Assembly (NCBI GenBank): GCA_903837175.1
Contig: CAILTR010000055.1
Location: 819-64,818, forward strand
Length of the DNA: 64,000 nt
Direction: 5' to 3'
DNA from: an uncultured bacterium
GTDB lineage: Bacteria; Patescibacteriota; Minisyncoccia; Moranbacterales; GWC2-37-73
This document shows positions 45,730 through 55,175 of this stretch, one piece after another; within the stretch, counting starts at the first letter, position 1; each line of letters starts with the position of its first letter. The notes under the pieces were generated by a model. The model was not told the DNA's origin, did not search any database, and was given only the letters and a program-made list of their open reading frames with translations. Made by a program: the position numbers and the translations under genes.

Positions 45730-47199
45730 TTATTTTTTCTTAAAACCTGGAATCATATTTTTAAATATCGCAAAATCTTCCTGAGTCAGTTCTTTTAGTA
45801 AATAAAGAATACTGAAATATACCAGGAACAAAAATGCACCGGAAAAAATGAATAGAATTTTCGTGCTAGGTAGGAGAAAGGAAAGAAAATAAATCATGAC
45901 TGCTGAAAATATTATTTTCAAAGCACTTGAAATTTTTAACTGGACGGAAAAGGTTTTTTTGAGAAAATAGAAAAGTGCCATGGTGACAAAGCTTGCTGTG
46001 ATGCTAGTTGCAATGCCTGCACCTATGAGACCGTAAGCCTTAACTAGGATGACGTTAAGTGTTGTATTCAATAGCATTCCAAAAAAGGCGATTTTTAGGG
46101 GTAATTTAACAAGACCGGCGCCTTGAAAAGCAAAACTCATGACGTAAAAAAGCGTCAGTAGACCCACACCAAAAGCCATGAATTGGAGAGCGTTAGCGCC
46201 ACCGGCATATTGCGCACCAAAAAAGAAAATCATAAGTGGTTGAGCATAGCTAATAATTAGGGCAATGGTTGGAATAAGCAAGATAGTCATCATGCGAAGG
46301 GCTATGCTGATTGCAGCAGTTGTTTTTTCTTTGTGTTCGTTGGCAGTTGAATGTGAAATAACAGGTAAAAGTACAATAGTGAGAGCATAGAAAAGATAAT
46401 TTGGAATTTGGGAAATAGTAAAAGCTCCGTTAAAAAGGCCAGTGGCATAATCATCACGCAGAATTGATTTTACCACAAAAAGATCAAGTGAAATCATGGT
46501 TTGGTATAAAACCAAAAAACCCGTTATCGGCAGAGCATAGGAAAGCAATTTCTTAATAGGGAAAGCTTCATTTCTGGTAGCTTTAACTGTCGGAAAGCGT
46601 TTGACATATATAAGCCGATCAATAACAAGTGCGATAAGAAATATAGCCAGCGATACATAGATGTAACCCGTGATGAAACCTTCTAGCGACAAAAAGTATC
46701 CTAGGCCCACAATTATAGCGACTCGCAGTACCGACCTTAATGATTTCAAAATAGACTGCATGTTAAATTGATGGATTCCGGTATAGTAGTAGAAATAAAA
46801 AGAATCGGCAGCGTAGCAGGGAATTATGAAAGCAGAAATTCTGAGTAACTTTTCTAGGGATGGATCATGTAGCATAATTGCGATGATGGGTGCTCCGAAA
46901 AAAAATACTGCAGTTACCGCGCCCATTAAAATTAATTGGGCAAGCGCTGCCTTTTTTTTAATGACAGAAATAAGTCCTGGTTTTTTAGTCAGGTCTGCAC
47001 TCAGGAATTTACTCATCGCAATTGGAATGCCATTGCCGATTAGGGAAGCAATTAAGATCGTCAGAGTGATAATAATGCCATAGACGCCGTAATCAGCCGG
47101 CCCAAGGATGCGTCCAGCGGCGCTGTGGACAATGAAGCCAGAAATATAAAAAAGAATTTCGGCTAGTCCTAACCAAAAAATGTATGCGGTTACGGCCAT
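45730..47199 (-). CDS. wzx: Wzx-like oligosaccharide flippase (MOP superfamily).
   Basis: ~14 TM helices and an N-terminal 'GRILGPADYGVYGIIITL' polysaccharide-biosynthesis-protein signature. Confidence 0.75.
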   Translation of the reverse strand: MAVTAYIFWLGLAEILFYISGFIVHSAAGRILGPADYGVYGIIITLTILIASLIGNGIPIAMSKFLSADLTKKPGLISVIKKKAALAQLILMGAVTAVFFFGAPIIAIMLHDPSLEKLLRISAFIIPCYAADSFYFYYYTGIHQFNMQSILKSLRSVLRVAIIVGLGYFLSLEGFITGYIYVSLAIFLIALVIDRLIYVKRFPTVKATRNEAFPIKKLLSYALPITGFLVLYQTMISLDLFVVKSILRDDYATGLFNGAFTISQIPNYLFYALTIVLLPVISHSTANEHKEKTTAAISIALRMMTILLIPTIALIISYAQPLMIFFFGAQYAGGANALQFMAFGVGLLTLFYVMSFAFQGAGLVKLPLKIAFFGMLLNTTLNVILVKAYGLIGAGIATSITASFVTMALFYFLKKTFSVQLKISSALKIIFSAVMIYFLSFLLPSTKILFIFSGAFLFLVYFSILYLLKELTQEDFAIFKNMIPGFKKK

Positions 47200-47287
47200 A
47201 GGGTTAAGTTAAGATGGGTCTTGCGCGGATTATATTTAGAGGTAACCTCTAGCTAGAACTATTTATTGTGCATGACCCAAATATTTT

Positions 47288-47662
47288 TTATAAATTTTTA
47301 TAAATTTCTTTAGAACTTTTCGGGGTTGAAATTTTTAGATTAATCTTTTTTCCAGCGATATCCTGGAGAGCCTTAACTGTGATTTTCTTTTTCTCTCCTA
47401 AGCCAGCCGTGGTATCTCCTTGGGAAAGGGGATTTTTATCGACTGAAATTTCCCAATGAAAATTCTTTTCGCTACTATGATTTTCAATGATAAAGGAAAG
47501 GTCATTTGTTCGCGGGTCAGCAAAATAAATACTCCACCAGGACTTACCGTAGTTATAATCTTGCTGTTGCTGCTGCGTATAAGCTAAATAGAAAAGACAG
47601 CCTAAAAAGAAAAGGGCAAGCGCGAGGATAACTTTTTTAGCGTAGGTCATGGATGTTTGCAT
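47288..47662 (-). CDS. Hypothetical signal-anchored protein.
   Basis: 124 aa with an N-terminal TM. It is translationally adjacent to the upstream membrane-protein gene. Confidence 0.4.
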   Translation of the reverse strand: MQTSMTYAKKVILALALFFLGCLFYLAYTQQQQQDYNYGKSWWSIYFADPRTNDLSFIIENHSSEKNFHWEISVDKNPLSQGDTTAGLGEKKKITVKALQDIAGKKINLKISTPKSSKEIYKNL

Positions 47663-49633
47663 TTATTTGCGGAGATAAATATTTATTTCATCGTTAGCGT
47701 AAATTTGCCAAAAGGCGGAATTTTTTTGAAATTGAACGGCGTCATTTTTACTGTTAACCATTACAAAATTAACGTTAAGGTCGGTAAAACATTTCTGACT
47801 ATCGGGAGCGCTAGGGTTAGAAAGCATATTGAGCGTGCATTTTTCGTTGCGGTCGATCCCGTTCTCATAACGCTCAAGGTTGGCTCGGTAAAGTGGAAAA
47901 TTATAATCCTGCATTAGAAAAACCTTAGTCCAGGCATCAGCTTTAATGTAAATATGGTCACTTTCAACTTGGTCGCCAGGGGCAAGCTTACTGGCTAGAA
48001 ACTGTGAAGCGTTAAAAGTTTGATTAATAACTTTAGGGGCAGTGGTTTGGGTAAGATTTGCAACATTATCAAAAAAACCAGCGGTAAGTAAATACGCTAC
48101 GGTTAGACTAAGCGTATAAAAGAAAAGGGGAGCCTTAATGAATAGCTGGTGTTTTTCGTGTTTATTTGTTTGAAAAAATAAAGCAACTAAGCAGAAAGAA
48201 GCTGTGATTGAAAAAGGATAAGTCCCATAATTGGCTACGCGCGCCGAAGGGATCCCAATCTTAATCAATTGCGGAAAGAGTGAAATGATTGTGATAATAC
48301 CAATCCAACCGGCTAGGATAAAAAGCTGGAAGGGTAATTGCTCGTAAGTAAAGTTATTTTTTCGACTTCGAGTTTTTTTAATTAATAAGTAGCCGAGGAT
48401 TAAAATTCCAACGACAGCTAGGGCTAACCTAGGTTCGCCAAGAGCGTCTTTGAACTGAGTTAAGGTTAGGCCAGTGTGTTCTATTTTCTTCGGAGCTCCC
48501 ACGACGGTTTTAATTGCTTGGTTTGTAATATAGGTAGGAGTGTAGACGGTAAACGCAAAGATCAACATGAGTAGCAGGGAACCCATGACGGGCAAAGAGA
48601 AAAGCATTTTTGACCAAATTTTAAGGAGCACTAGTGCATTTTTAAAATTAAAAATTAAAACCAATAAAATGCTAAGTAAAAGTGAAAGGGTAAATAAAAA
48701 AGCGGTTAAGTGATGCGTATAAAAAAGATTCATTGTCGAAACTAACGCTAGTACCAGTAGGACCTTATTTTTTTCGCGCACCGCTCGTAAGAAAAAATAA
48801 AGCGCTAGCGGTAAAAGTAAATTTCCAATAATGTTGCCGACCACCCCACCACTGATGAATTTAGCTTGCGGTGGCGTAATCGCAAAAAGTGGCCCAAGTA
48901 AAAAGAGGGTAAAAATAGCGATCGTTACTCTCTCTTTATTTTTTTCAAAAAGACGCAGGGTCAAAATAAAAATTGCTAGCAGGGAAAAAATGTTAATGAT
49001 GAAAAGCACCAGCGCTGGAAAATAGGAAATGACGCTCAGCCCTGAAATTAGCGCAACAGCTGCAAAAATTAAATGTTCGCCAATAATAAAGTCGCTAATG
49101 TTTTGAGGTTCGCTGATGGTATAAGTTGCGCCGCTGGTGAGGATATTTTTTTGTTGATAATTAGGAATTTCGCCTTTTTGGACAATTAGATTTGTCCAAT
49201 ACATATGATGCCCTAAGTCTGTGGCGGAAGGTAAGATGGAGTCTTTCAGGTAAAGCGTCCGAAAGAAGATAGCGAGGCCCAAGATAAGGCAAGTCAGGAG
49301 AATTTGTTTTTTTGAAAAAATTAGACTATCCGTGCCTGGGTAGTTAGGTTTTTTTTGAAAGAAGATTTTTTCCAATAAAAAACAAAGTAAAGAAAAAAAG
49401 CCTATTGTCAGTAAAAGGCTCCAACGCGTGAGGCTAATTTGCAAAGCTCCTAGAATTAGCATTAAGGAATTTGAAACAAAGATACTGAAACCAACCGAAA
49501 GCACCGTTTCTTCTAATTTTGTAAAAAAGCCAAATTTAGCGTTAAGCATTCTAGTTAAAAAATAACCTGGCCAAAAAAGCACTACGAGGAGTGAAAAGTA
49601 AAAAGCAAATTGGGAAAAAATAAAACTAAACAT
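47663..49633 (-). CDS. Large polytopic membrane protein, a possible additional GT-C-like enzyme.
   Basis: 656 aa with a multi-TM N-terminus. The loop 'DLGHHMYW' is reminiscent of 'DEHAHYW' / 'ADEHFW' in neighbours. Confidence 0.45.
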   Translation of the reverse strand: MFSFIFSQFAFYFSLLVVLFWPGYFLTRMLNAKFGFFTKLEETVLSVGFSIFVSNSLMLILGALQISLTRWSLLLTIGFFSLLCFLLEKIFFQKKPNYPGTDSLIFSKKQILLTCLILGLAIFFRTLYLKDSILPSATDLGHHMYWTNLIVQKGEIPNYQQKNILTSGATYTISEPQNISDFIIGEHLIFAAVALISGLSVISYFPALVLFIINIFSLLAIFILTLRLFEKNKERVTIAIFTLFLLGPLFAITPPQAKFISGGVVGNIIGNLLLPLALYFFLRAVREKNKVLLVLALVSTMNLFYTHHLTAFLFTLSLLLSILLVLIFNFKNALVLLKIWSKMLFSLPVMGSLLLMLIFAFTVYTPTYITNQAIKTVVGAPKKIEHTGLTLTQFKDALGEPRLALAVVGILILGYLLIKKTRSRKNNFTYEQLPFQLFILAGWIGIITIISLFPQLIKIGIPSARVANYGTYPFSITASFCLVALFFQTNKHEKHQLFIKAPLFFYTLSLTVAYLLTAGFFDNVANLTQTTAPKVINQTFNASQFLASKLAPGDQVESDHIYIKADAWTKVFLMQDYNFPLYRANLERYENGIDRNEKCTLNMLSNPSAPDSQKCFTDLNVNFVMVNSKNDAVQFQKNSAFWQIYANDEINIYLRK

Positions 49634-49645
49634 GCTGGTAGTGAG

Positions 49646-50764
49646 TTACTGATTACTGATTACTTTCTCTATTTCAGTTAGATATTGTTTGGCGATATTC
49701 TGCCACTGATAATTTTCAAGTATGTAATCTCTGACCGCTTGGCCATAAATTTCTCGTGGACTTTCATTGGTAAAAAGCTCAGTGATTTTTAGTAGATATG
49801 CCCCAGCATTTTCTGGCTCAACCAAAAAGCCATTTTTTCCATCTTTGATGGCATCTTTGAGACCTTCAAGATTTGAAGCCAAAACTGGCAAGCGACAAGC
49901 CCCAGCCTCAATCACGGAAATCCCAAAACCCTCCATGTCGCCAGCAATTTTAATGTTAGGTTGAATAAAAAGATCGCAAGTTGCCCAAAGCTGGTTGCGG
50001 ACGTCGTCGCTTACATATCCGAGCGCTAAAACTCTGGTGCTTAAGTTTTTTTCTGCAATTGCGCTGGTTACATTTTCTTTATCTTTACCATCGCCTGCAA
50101 TGACGTAGATATATTCCGCAGGTAGCAATGGCATCACGTTGTGAATAAACCAAGCTGCACCCTTGTGCTTGGCAAGTCGGCCAGAAGTTAATAAGATTTT
50201 TTTGCCTTCGACTGAAATTCCTAGAGTTTTTTCTAAATCAAGTTTGGAGGCTTTAAGTAAATTTTTCTCAGTGTCGACACCATTGGGAATGAAAACAATT
50301 TTTTCGATCGGAATGCCTTTTTCGATCGCAACTTTTATGGTTTCATTGCCAACGGCGATAAACTTGTCAAATTTTGGTAGAAAAACTTTAGTCCAAAGTG
50401 TTTGATAAATGAGAATTAAGCCTTTTTCATACCAAACCCCCAATGAGGCTGAATTCCAATTAATATCCAACCCATGGATAACGCAAAGGACTGGTTTCTT
50501 GCTAAATAGTTTTACCACCCATCCATTGATAGCTATTACGCCACTCCCTAAAAGCACCACATCATTTTTAGGCAGCAGCCAGAGTGTTTTTATGAGAGCG
50601 TAGGGCGCGAAAAATGGTAGAAACCAACGTCCACGCGTATTGGCAATAGTGGTAACTTCGGCTAATTGGCCGAGCCATTTTGAAAGTTCAAAATTATGGC
50701 TCTCGACTCCGCCAACAGTTGGGGGATAAGCATGCGAAATGAAGATGATTTTAAGCTTTTGCAT
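49646..50764 (-). CDS. Glycosyltransferase family 4.
   Basis: 'GFGISVIEAGACRLPVLASNLEGLKDAI'. Confidence 0.8.
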   Translation of the reverse strand: MQKLKIIFISHAYPPTVGGVESHNFELSKWLGQLAEVTTIANTRGRWFLPFFAPYALIKTLWLLPKNDVVLLGSGVIAINGWVVKLFSKKPVLCVIHGLDINWNSASLGVWYEKGLILIYQTLWTKVFLPKFDKFIAVGNETIKVAIEKGIPIEKIVFIPNGVDTEKNLLKASKLDLEKTLGISVEGKKILLTSGRLAKHKGAAWFIHNVMPLLPAEYIYVIAGDGKDKENVTSAIAEKNLSTRVLALGYVSDDVRNQLWATCDLFIQPNIKIAGDMEGFGISVIEAGACRLPVLASNLEGLKDAIKDGKNGFLVEPENAGAYLLKITELFTNESPREIYGQAVRDYILENYQWQNIAKQYLTEIEKVISNQ

Positions 50765-50805
50765 ATAAATAAATTATAGCTTAAAGGGGGATTAATTTCA
50801 AGCAA

Positions 50806-50840
50806 AAAAGATGCTTTATGACTAGCATCTTTTTAAGCTT
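50806..50840. terminator. Bidirectional hairpin terminator.
   Basis: 'aaaaaagatgct ttatgact agcatcttttt'. Confidence 0.45.
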
Positions 50841-50913
50841 ATATTGTGGTAATCTTTTTAGGGTTGTATGTGATATACGGGTCTAGCTAAAAGTCACCTT
50901 TGAATTTTTACGA

Positions 50914-51005
50914 GCTTGTTTACTTTTTAGGCCATGCGAACGAGAGAGAGCTAAGCGTTTGACCATTGTTTTTGGTCAAACGCGGGCTCTAAAAAGTAAA
51001 CAAGC
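50914..51005. repeat. Nested inverted-repeat element. A 17-bp perfect inverted repeat encloses a 9-bp hairpin.
   Basis: 'gcttgtttactttttag' (50914-50930) pairs with 'ctaaaaagtaaacaagc' (50989-51005). The inner hairpin is 'tttgaccattgtttttggtcaaa'. Confidence 0.6.
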
Positions 51006-51064
51006 GAAGTAAAAATTTCTGACTTAGTTTCTGAAAACCATAATTTACTTATAGCCCACTCTTT

Positions 51065-52045
51065 TTATTTTTTGTATTTTTCCGTTTTCAATAGGTACAT
51101 TTGTTCTTCGGTTAAATTGCGGTTTGATTTAATCATATCAGCAATTAAGGCGAAAACTAAAAATTGAATTCCAACAAGCAGTAGGGTGATGCCGACCAAG
51201 AGATAATTTCGATGAGCCGTAATTTTAAAATCTTGGAAATATAAAGAAGCAAAATAAGCAAAAAAACCAAGCGAAACAAGAATTAAAAATAAGGCTGGAC
51301 CGCCAAAGAACTTCATTGGTCGTACGTCACGAACGGCTTTGATGATAATTTTAAAACCATTATTAACAAATTTGAAAATAGATTTAGTAATTTTCGCTTT
51401 GCGGTCAGCAAAATAGGTGACTTGAATTGGGACCCACTTAAGTTTTAAATTTTTTCCAATCGCGTCAATAATAGTTTCTTGGGTATAAGTAAAATTAACG
51501 TTAGTTAAATTAAAGCGCAGTAACGTCTCTCGATTATGAGCGCGAAAACCGCAAGTCAGGTCTTCAGTCTTATAATTTAAAAAGAAGCCAACCACGGAGG
51601 CTGCAAAACGGTTTAAAAAGCTTTTAATCCAAGGAATATTCTTAGCTTCTAAATGACTAAAGCGATTAGCGATAACCATGTCATAATTGCCTTCTAAAAT
51701 TGGGGTTAGTAGTTTTGGAATATCGTTAGGATTAAATTGGCCATCAGCATCAATGTTTACCATGATATCAGCTCCGTTTTCTAAGGAACTTTCGACCGCA
51801 CGCTTGAAAGAATAGGCGAGTTTGCGGTTTGGTTTGTAGGAGACGATGATATCAGCGCCAGCTTCTTTGGCTATTTCAGCAGTTTTATCAGTTGAGCCAT
51901 CGTCAACAACTTGAATAAGCTTTTCCTTTATTACGCTGCCTGCTTTTAAATAAAAGTCTAACTGAAAACTTTCCTTAATTTTTTTAATTGTGGCTCCGAT
52001 GTCCTTTTCTTCGTTATAGGCTGGAATATTGACGATTAGTTTCAT
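51065..52045 (-). CDS. GT2 polyprenyl-phosphate sugar transferase (GtrB/ArnC-like) with C-terminal TM helices.
   Basis: 'IVNIPAYNEEKDI', 'VDDGSTDKT', 'DADGQFNP' and C-terminal TM helices. Confidence 0.8.
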   Translation of the reverse strand: MKLIVNIPAYNEEKDIGATIKKIKESFQLDFYLKAGSVIKEKLIQVVDDGSTDKTAEIAKEAGADIIVSYKPNRKLAYSFKRAVESSLENGADIMVNIDADGQFNPNDIPKLLTPILEGNYDMVIANRFSHLEAKNIPWIKSFLNRFAASVVGFFLNYKTEDLTCGFRAHNRETLLRFNLTNVNFTYTQETIIDAIGKNLKLKWVPIQVTYFADRKAKITKSIFKFVNNGFKIIIKAVRDVRPMKFFGGPALFLILVSLGFFAYFASLYFQDFKITAHRNYLLVGITLLLVGIQFLVFALIADMIKSNRNLTEEQMYLLKTEKYKK

Positions 52046-52047
52046 AG

Positions 52048-52278
52048 CTATTTCTTTTTAAGAATTAACTCAGGGTTGACACACTGTAAATCACACTTTG
52101 CGTTCTTAGCGCCGTTTTCAAGCATCTTTTTTGAGCAATCGCTAAGGGTTTGTTGACAACGGCTGGTGCTTTTATCAAAATAATTTAAATTTACCTCATA
52201 GCCAAAAAGGGGAAGAGCTAGATAAATAATTACCGTGATACCGGCAACCCAGACGATAAATTTTAAGAAATGAAACAT
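52048..52278 (-). CDS. Small single-TM protein with a four-Cys C-terminus.
   Basis: It is translationally adjacent to the GT2 gene. The start was set at the second Met, with the repeat element immediately upstream. Confidence 0.35.
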   Translation of the reverse strand: MFHFLKFIVWVAGITVIIYLALPLFGYEVNLNYFDKSTSRCQQTLSDCSKKMLENGAKNAKCDLQCVNPELILKKK

Positions 52279-52284
52279 AAAAAA

Positions 52285-52320
52285 TGAAAAATGCAAATCT
52301 CAAAATGGAAAATTTCGGAA
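52285..52320 (-). repeat. Third copy of the X-gaga-Y element, in reverse-complement orientation.
   Basis: Its reverse complement 'gaaattttccattttgagatttgcatttttcattttt' matches 14851-14886. Confidence 0.5.
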
Positions 52321-52415
52321 TCGCTATATAATATTTTAAAAATATGAGCGAAGCGAATATTAAAATTTTGATTTTTGATTTTTAAATTTTGATTTATTAT
52401 TATCTCCCTATTCCC

Positions 52416-53681
52416 TTATAAATTATGCCATTTTTTTTCAAGCTCTATTTTGTCTAAACAGTTTTTACCGTCAATGATAATTTGGATGTTATGTTCTTTG
52501 AAGAGGCTTGGCGCAAGCGCTTTAAATTCGTTGTGATCAGTTGCAATAATAAGGGCGGTGGATTTTTCCAAAATAGCTTCCAAAGATTCTTCCGTTGAAT
52601 AGCTCGGGGTATGCGGATCAAAAGTGAGAACCTCGGCCCCGTGTTTTTCGAGATGCTTAATAATCTGCATTGAAGGCGATTCGCGCAAATCAGCCACATT
52701 GGCTTTGTAGGAAATTCCCAGAAGCCCTACAGCAGTTCCATTTAAAGGTAACTTTATAGTATTTAGGGCGTCTTGCAACAATTCAACGGTATATTCTGGC
52801 ATCGAATTATTAATTTTGCGAGCAATCTTTAAAAATTCATGATCAAAACCGGAAGCCTTTGCGCGTTCGATTAAGTAATAAGGGTCAACTGGAATGCAAT
52901 GTCCACCAACTCCGCAACTTGGCCAATGAGGCATAAAAGCGTAAGGCTTGGTTGATGCTCCCTTGATTACGTTAACAATATTAATACCTAGTCGGTCGAA
53001 AGATTTAGCCAGCTCATTAACAAAGGCAATGTTAACATCTCGAAAAGAGTTTTCCATAATTTTAACCGCCTCAGCTTCCCGAATCGTTTCCATTGGCATG
53101 ATGCTAGCCTCAATGATATCTTCATAAAATTCCAACGCTAGCGCTAGGCCCGCCTTCGTAAAAGAGCCAACGACGCGGGGGATATTAGTGACGTTCCATT
53201 TTGGATCGCCGGGATTGATGCGTTCTGGCGAATGGGCAAGCTCATAATCCTTGCCAACAACGAATCCAGCTTTAGCAAAAATCGGCTCAACAATTTCTTC
53301 GCAAACTCCAGGATTAATAGTAGATTCAACGACGACTAATTGGCCAGGTTTTAGATTGGCGACAATGGTGGCGATCGCTGTTTTTACGGGTTCAAGATCT
53401 GGAAAGAAATTTTCATCAACCGGCGTTGGAACGCAGACAAGGACGATATCCGCCTTTGAAATGATGGCGGGGTCGTTGGTGGCGACTATTTTTACTTTAG
53501 GTAAATTTGTTTCTAAGAATTCTTCTTTAATGGGACTCTTGCCAGCGTTGATAAGTTCATTTTTCTTAGTATCATTTTCAAGGCCATAAACAGTGTAACC
53601 TTTTAGGGCGCTTTGTACTGCTAAGGGTAAGCCCACATAACCTAATCCAATAATGCAAATAGATTTTTTTGATTTTTCCAT
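52416..53681 (-). CDS. UDP-N-acetyl-D-mannosamine / UDP-GlcNAc 6-dehydrogenase family (WecC/WbpA-like).
   Basis: 'ICIIGLGYVGLPLA' and 'CGVGGHCIPVDPYYL'. Confidence 0.85.
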   Translation of the reverse strand: MEKSKKSICIIGLGYVGLPLAVQSALKGYTVYGLENDTKKNELINAGKSPIKEEFLETNLPKVKIVATNDPAIISKADIVLVCVPTPVDENFFPDLEPVKTAIATIVANLKPGQLVVVESTINPGVCEEIVEPIFAKAGFVVGKDYELAHSPERINPGDPKWNVTNIPRVVGSFTKAGLALALEFYEDIIEASIMPMETIREAEAVKIMENSFRDVNIAFVNELAKSFDRLGINIVNVIKGASTKPYAFMPHWPSCGVGGHCIPVDPYYLIERAKASGFDHEFLKIARKINNSMPEYTVELLQDALNTIKLPLNGTAVGLLGISYKANVADLRESPSMQIIKHLEKHGAEVLTFDPHTPSYSTEESLEAILEKSTALIIATDHNEFKALAPSLFKEHNIQIIIDGKNCLDKIELEKKWHNL

Positions 53682-53854
53682 GATAGTTTAGTTAAGATTA
53701 ACTCCTATTTATCTTAGAACAATTGCTCAAATTGTACAAGCACGCCAGGCTCAATTTTTTAGCTAGGCTTTTTAATTTGGACAATTTCTTGTATACTATC
53801 TATAGAGAGGGAGGCAATAAAATATTTAATTTAATTCAAAATTACTTCTAAATT

Positions 53855-55069
53855 ATGCGTATTGGCATTAACGCTTCGTTTCTGCGGAAACAGGGCACTG
53901 GGCTAGGGCAAGTCACGGCTAATTTTTTAAAGGAATTAGTGGAACTTGAAAGCATGCAGGTTGATTTAGCCGTAGCTAAAATAAAAAATCAGGAAATTAA
54001 GGAAATCGAAGTCATCCTATATCTCGAAGAAGATGTAAAATTAAAATTGCCAAAGAAGACTGCTTTGTCGGCAGTTAAATTCAGTAAGCAAGTTTTCCTG
54101 CCAGCTTATAAGCGGGATGATTTAATTCGTAAAATTTGGTGGGAAAAATTTTTATTGCCGCAGAAGGTTAAGCAAGATAAATGCGACATTTTTTTAAGTC
54201 TTTATCAATCAACCACAATTTTAACTGGAGAGACAAAACATTTAATGGTGGTACATGATCTGATTCCGAAGTTTTTTCCAAATTATCTTAATAATTGGCG
54301 TAAGAAAATTTATCAAAACTTAGTTGAAAAAGCAATTAAAAAAGTTGATAAGCTGATTGCTATTTCGCATCGAACCGAAAAGGACCTTATTACTCAGCTC
54401 CAAATCGATCCTAAAAAAATTACCGTTTCATATATTGATGTGGATCCGATTTATAAGCAGCAGTTTAGCTCGGCGCAACTCCAAAAAGTGCTAAAAAAAT
54501 ATAAGCTTGAGCCAGGCTATCTTTATAGTGGGGGAGGCTTGGAAGTACGAAAAAATGTGGAGAGTGTTTTGCGCGCGTATAAGTTATTATTAGCCAATGT
54601 AGCCGGCGCTGAAAAAATTCCAAAGTTAGTTATTTTCGGTAAACTACTTCCGCAGCTTGCACCCCTAGTGACAGATGTGGAAAAACTTATTGGCGAACTT
54701 GGCTTAGCAAGGCAGGTTGTTTTGCTTAATCAGGTTCCGCAGGCTGACTTGCCAGCGCTTTACGCTAGCGCGCTGGTTTTCATCTACCCTTCTTTTTATG
54801 AGGGTTTTGGCCTTCCGATTTTGGAGGCAATGAATCAAGGTACGCCGGTAATTACTTCAAAAACTTCTTCGCTCCCAGAGGTTGGCAGAGACAGCGTGCT
54901 TTATTGTGATCCGAAGGACGTGGAGGATTTAGCAATGGTGTTGAAAAATGTTTTAGCTAATAATCATCTTAAAATCGCACTTTCGCTAAAGGGCCGAGAA
55001 CGAGCAGCTTATTTTTCGTGGGAGAAGTTTGTCAGAAAGTTTTTAAATATTGTCGGAGAAATGAAATAA
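53855..55069 (+). CDS. Glycosyltransferase family 4.
   Basis: 'EGFGLPILEAMNQGTPVITSKTSSLPEV'. Confidence 0.8.
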   Translation: MRIGINASFLRKQGTGLGQVTANFLKELVELESMQVDLAVAKIKNQEIKEIEVILYLEEDVKLKLPKKTALSAVKFSKQVFLPAYKRDDLIRKIWWEKFLLPQKVKQDKCDIFLSLYQSTTILTGETKHLMVVHDLIPKFFPNYLNNWRKKIYQNLVEKAIKKVDKLIAISHRTEKDLITQLQIDPKKITVSYIDVDPIYKQQFSSAQLQKVLKKYKLEPGYLYSGGGLEVRKNVESVLRAYKLLLANVAGAEKIPKLVIFGKLLPQLAPLVTDVEKLIGELGLARQVVLLNQVPQADLPALYASALVFIYPSFYEGFGLPILEAMNQGTPVITSKTSSLPEVGRDSVLYCDPKDVEDLAMVLKNVLANNHLKIALSLKGRERAAYFSWEKFVRKFLNIVGEMK

Positions 55070-55093
55070 GAAAATTGTTATTGCGATCCGCCC

Positions 55094-55131
55094 AGGGCGG
55101 AGTGGAAAATAGTGAGCAGGGCAACGCCCTG
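55094..55131 (+). repeat. GC-rich hairpin (ccagggcg ... cgccctgg).
   Basis: 8-bp perfect stem. Local GC is well above the genome background. Confidence 0.45.
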
Positions 55132-55175
55132 GATTGCTTCGGGTGATTACACCCTCGCAAAGACAGATTAAAAAA

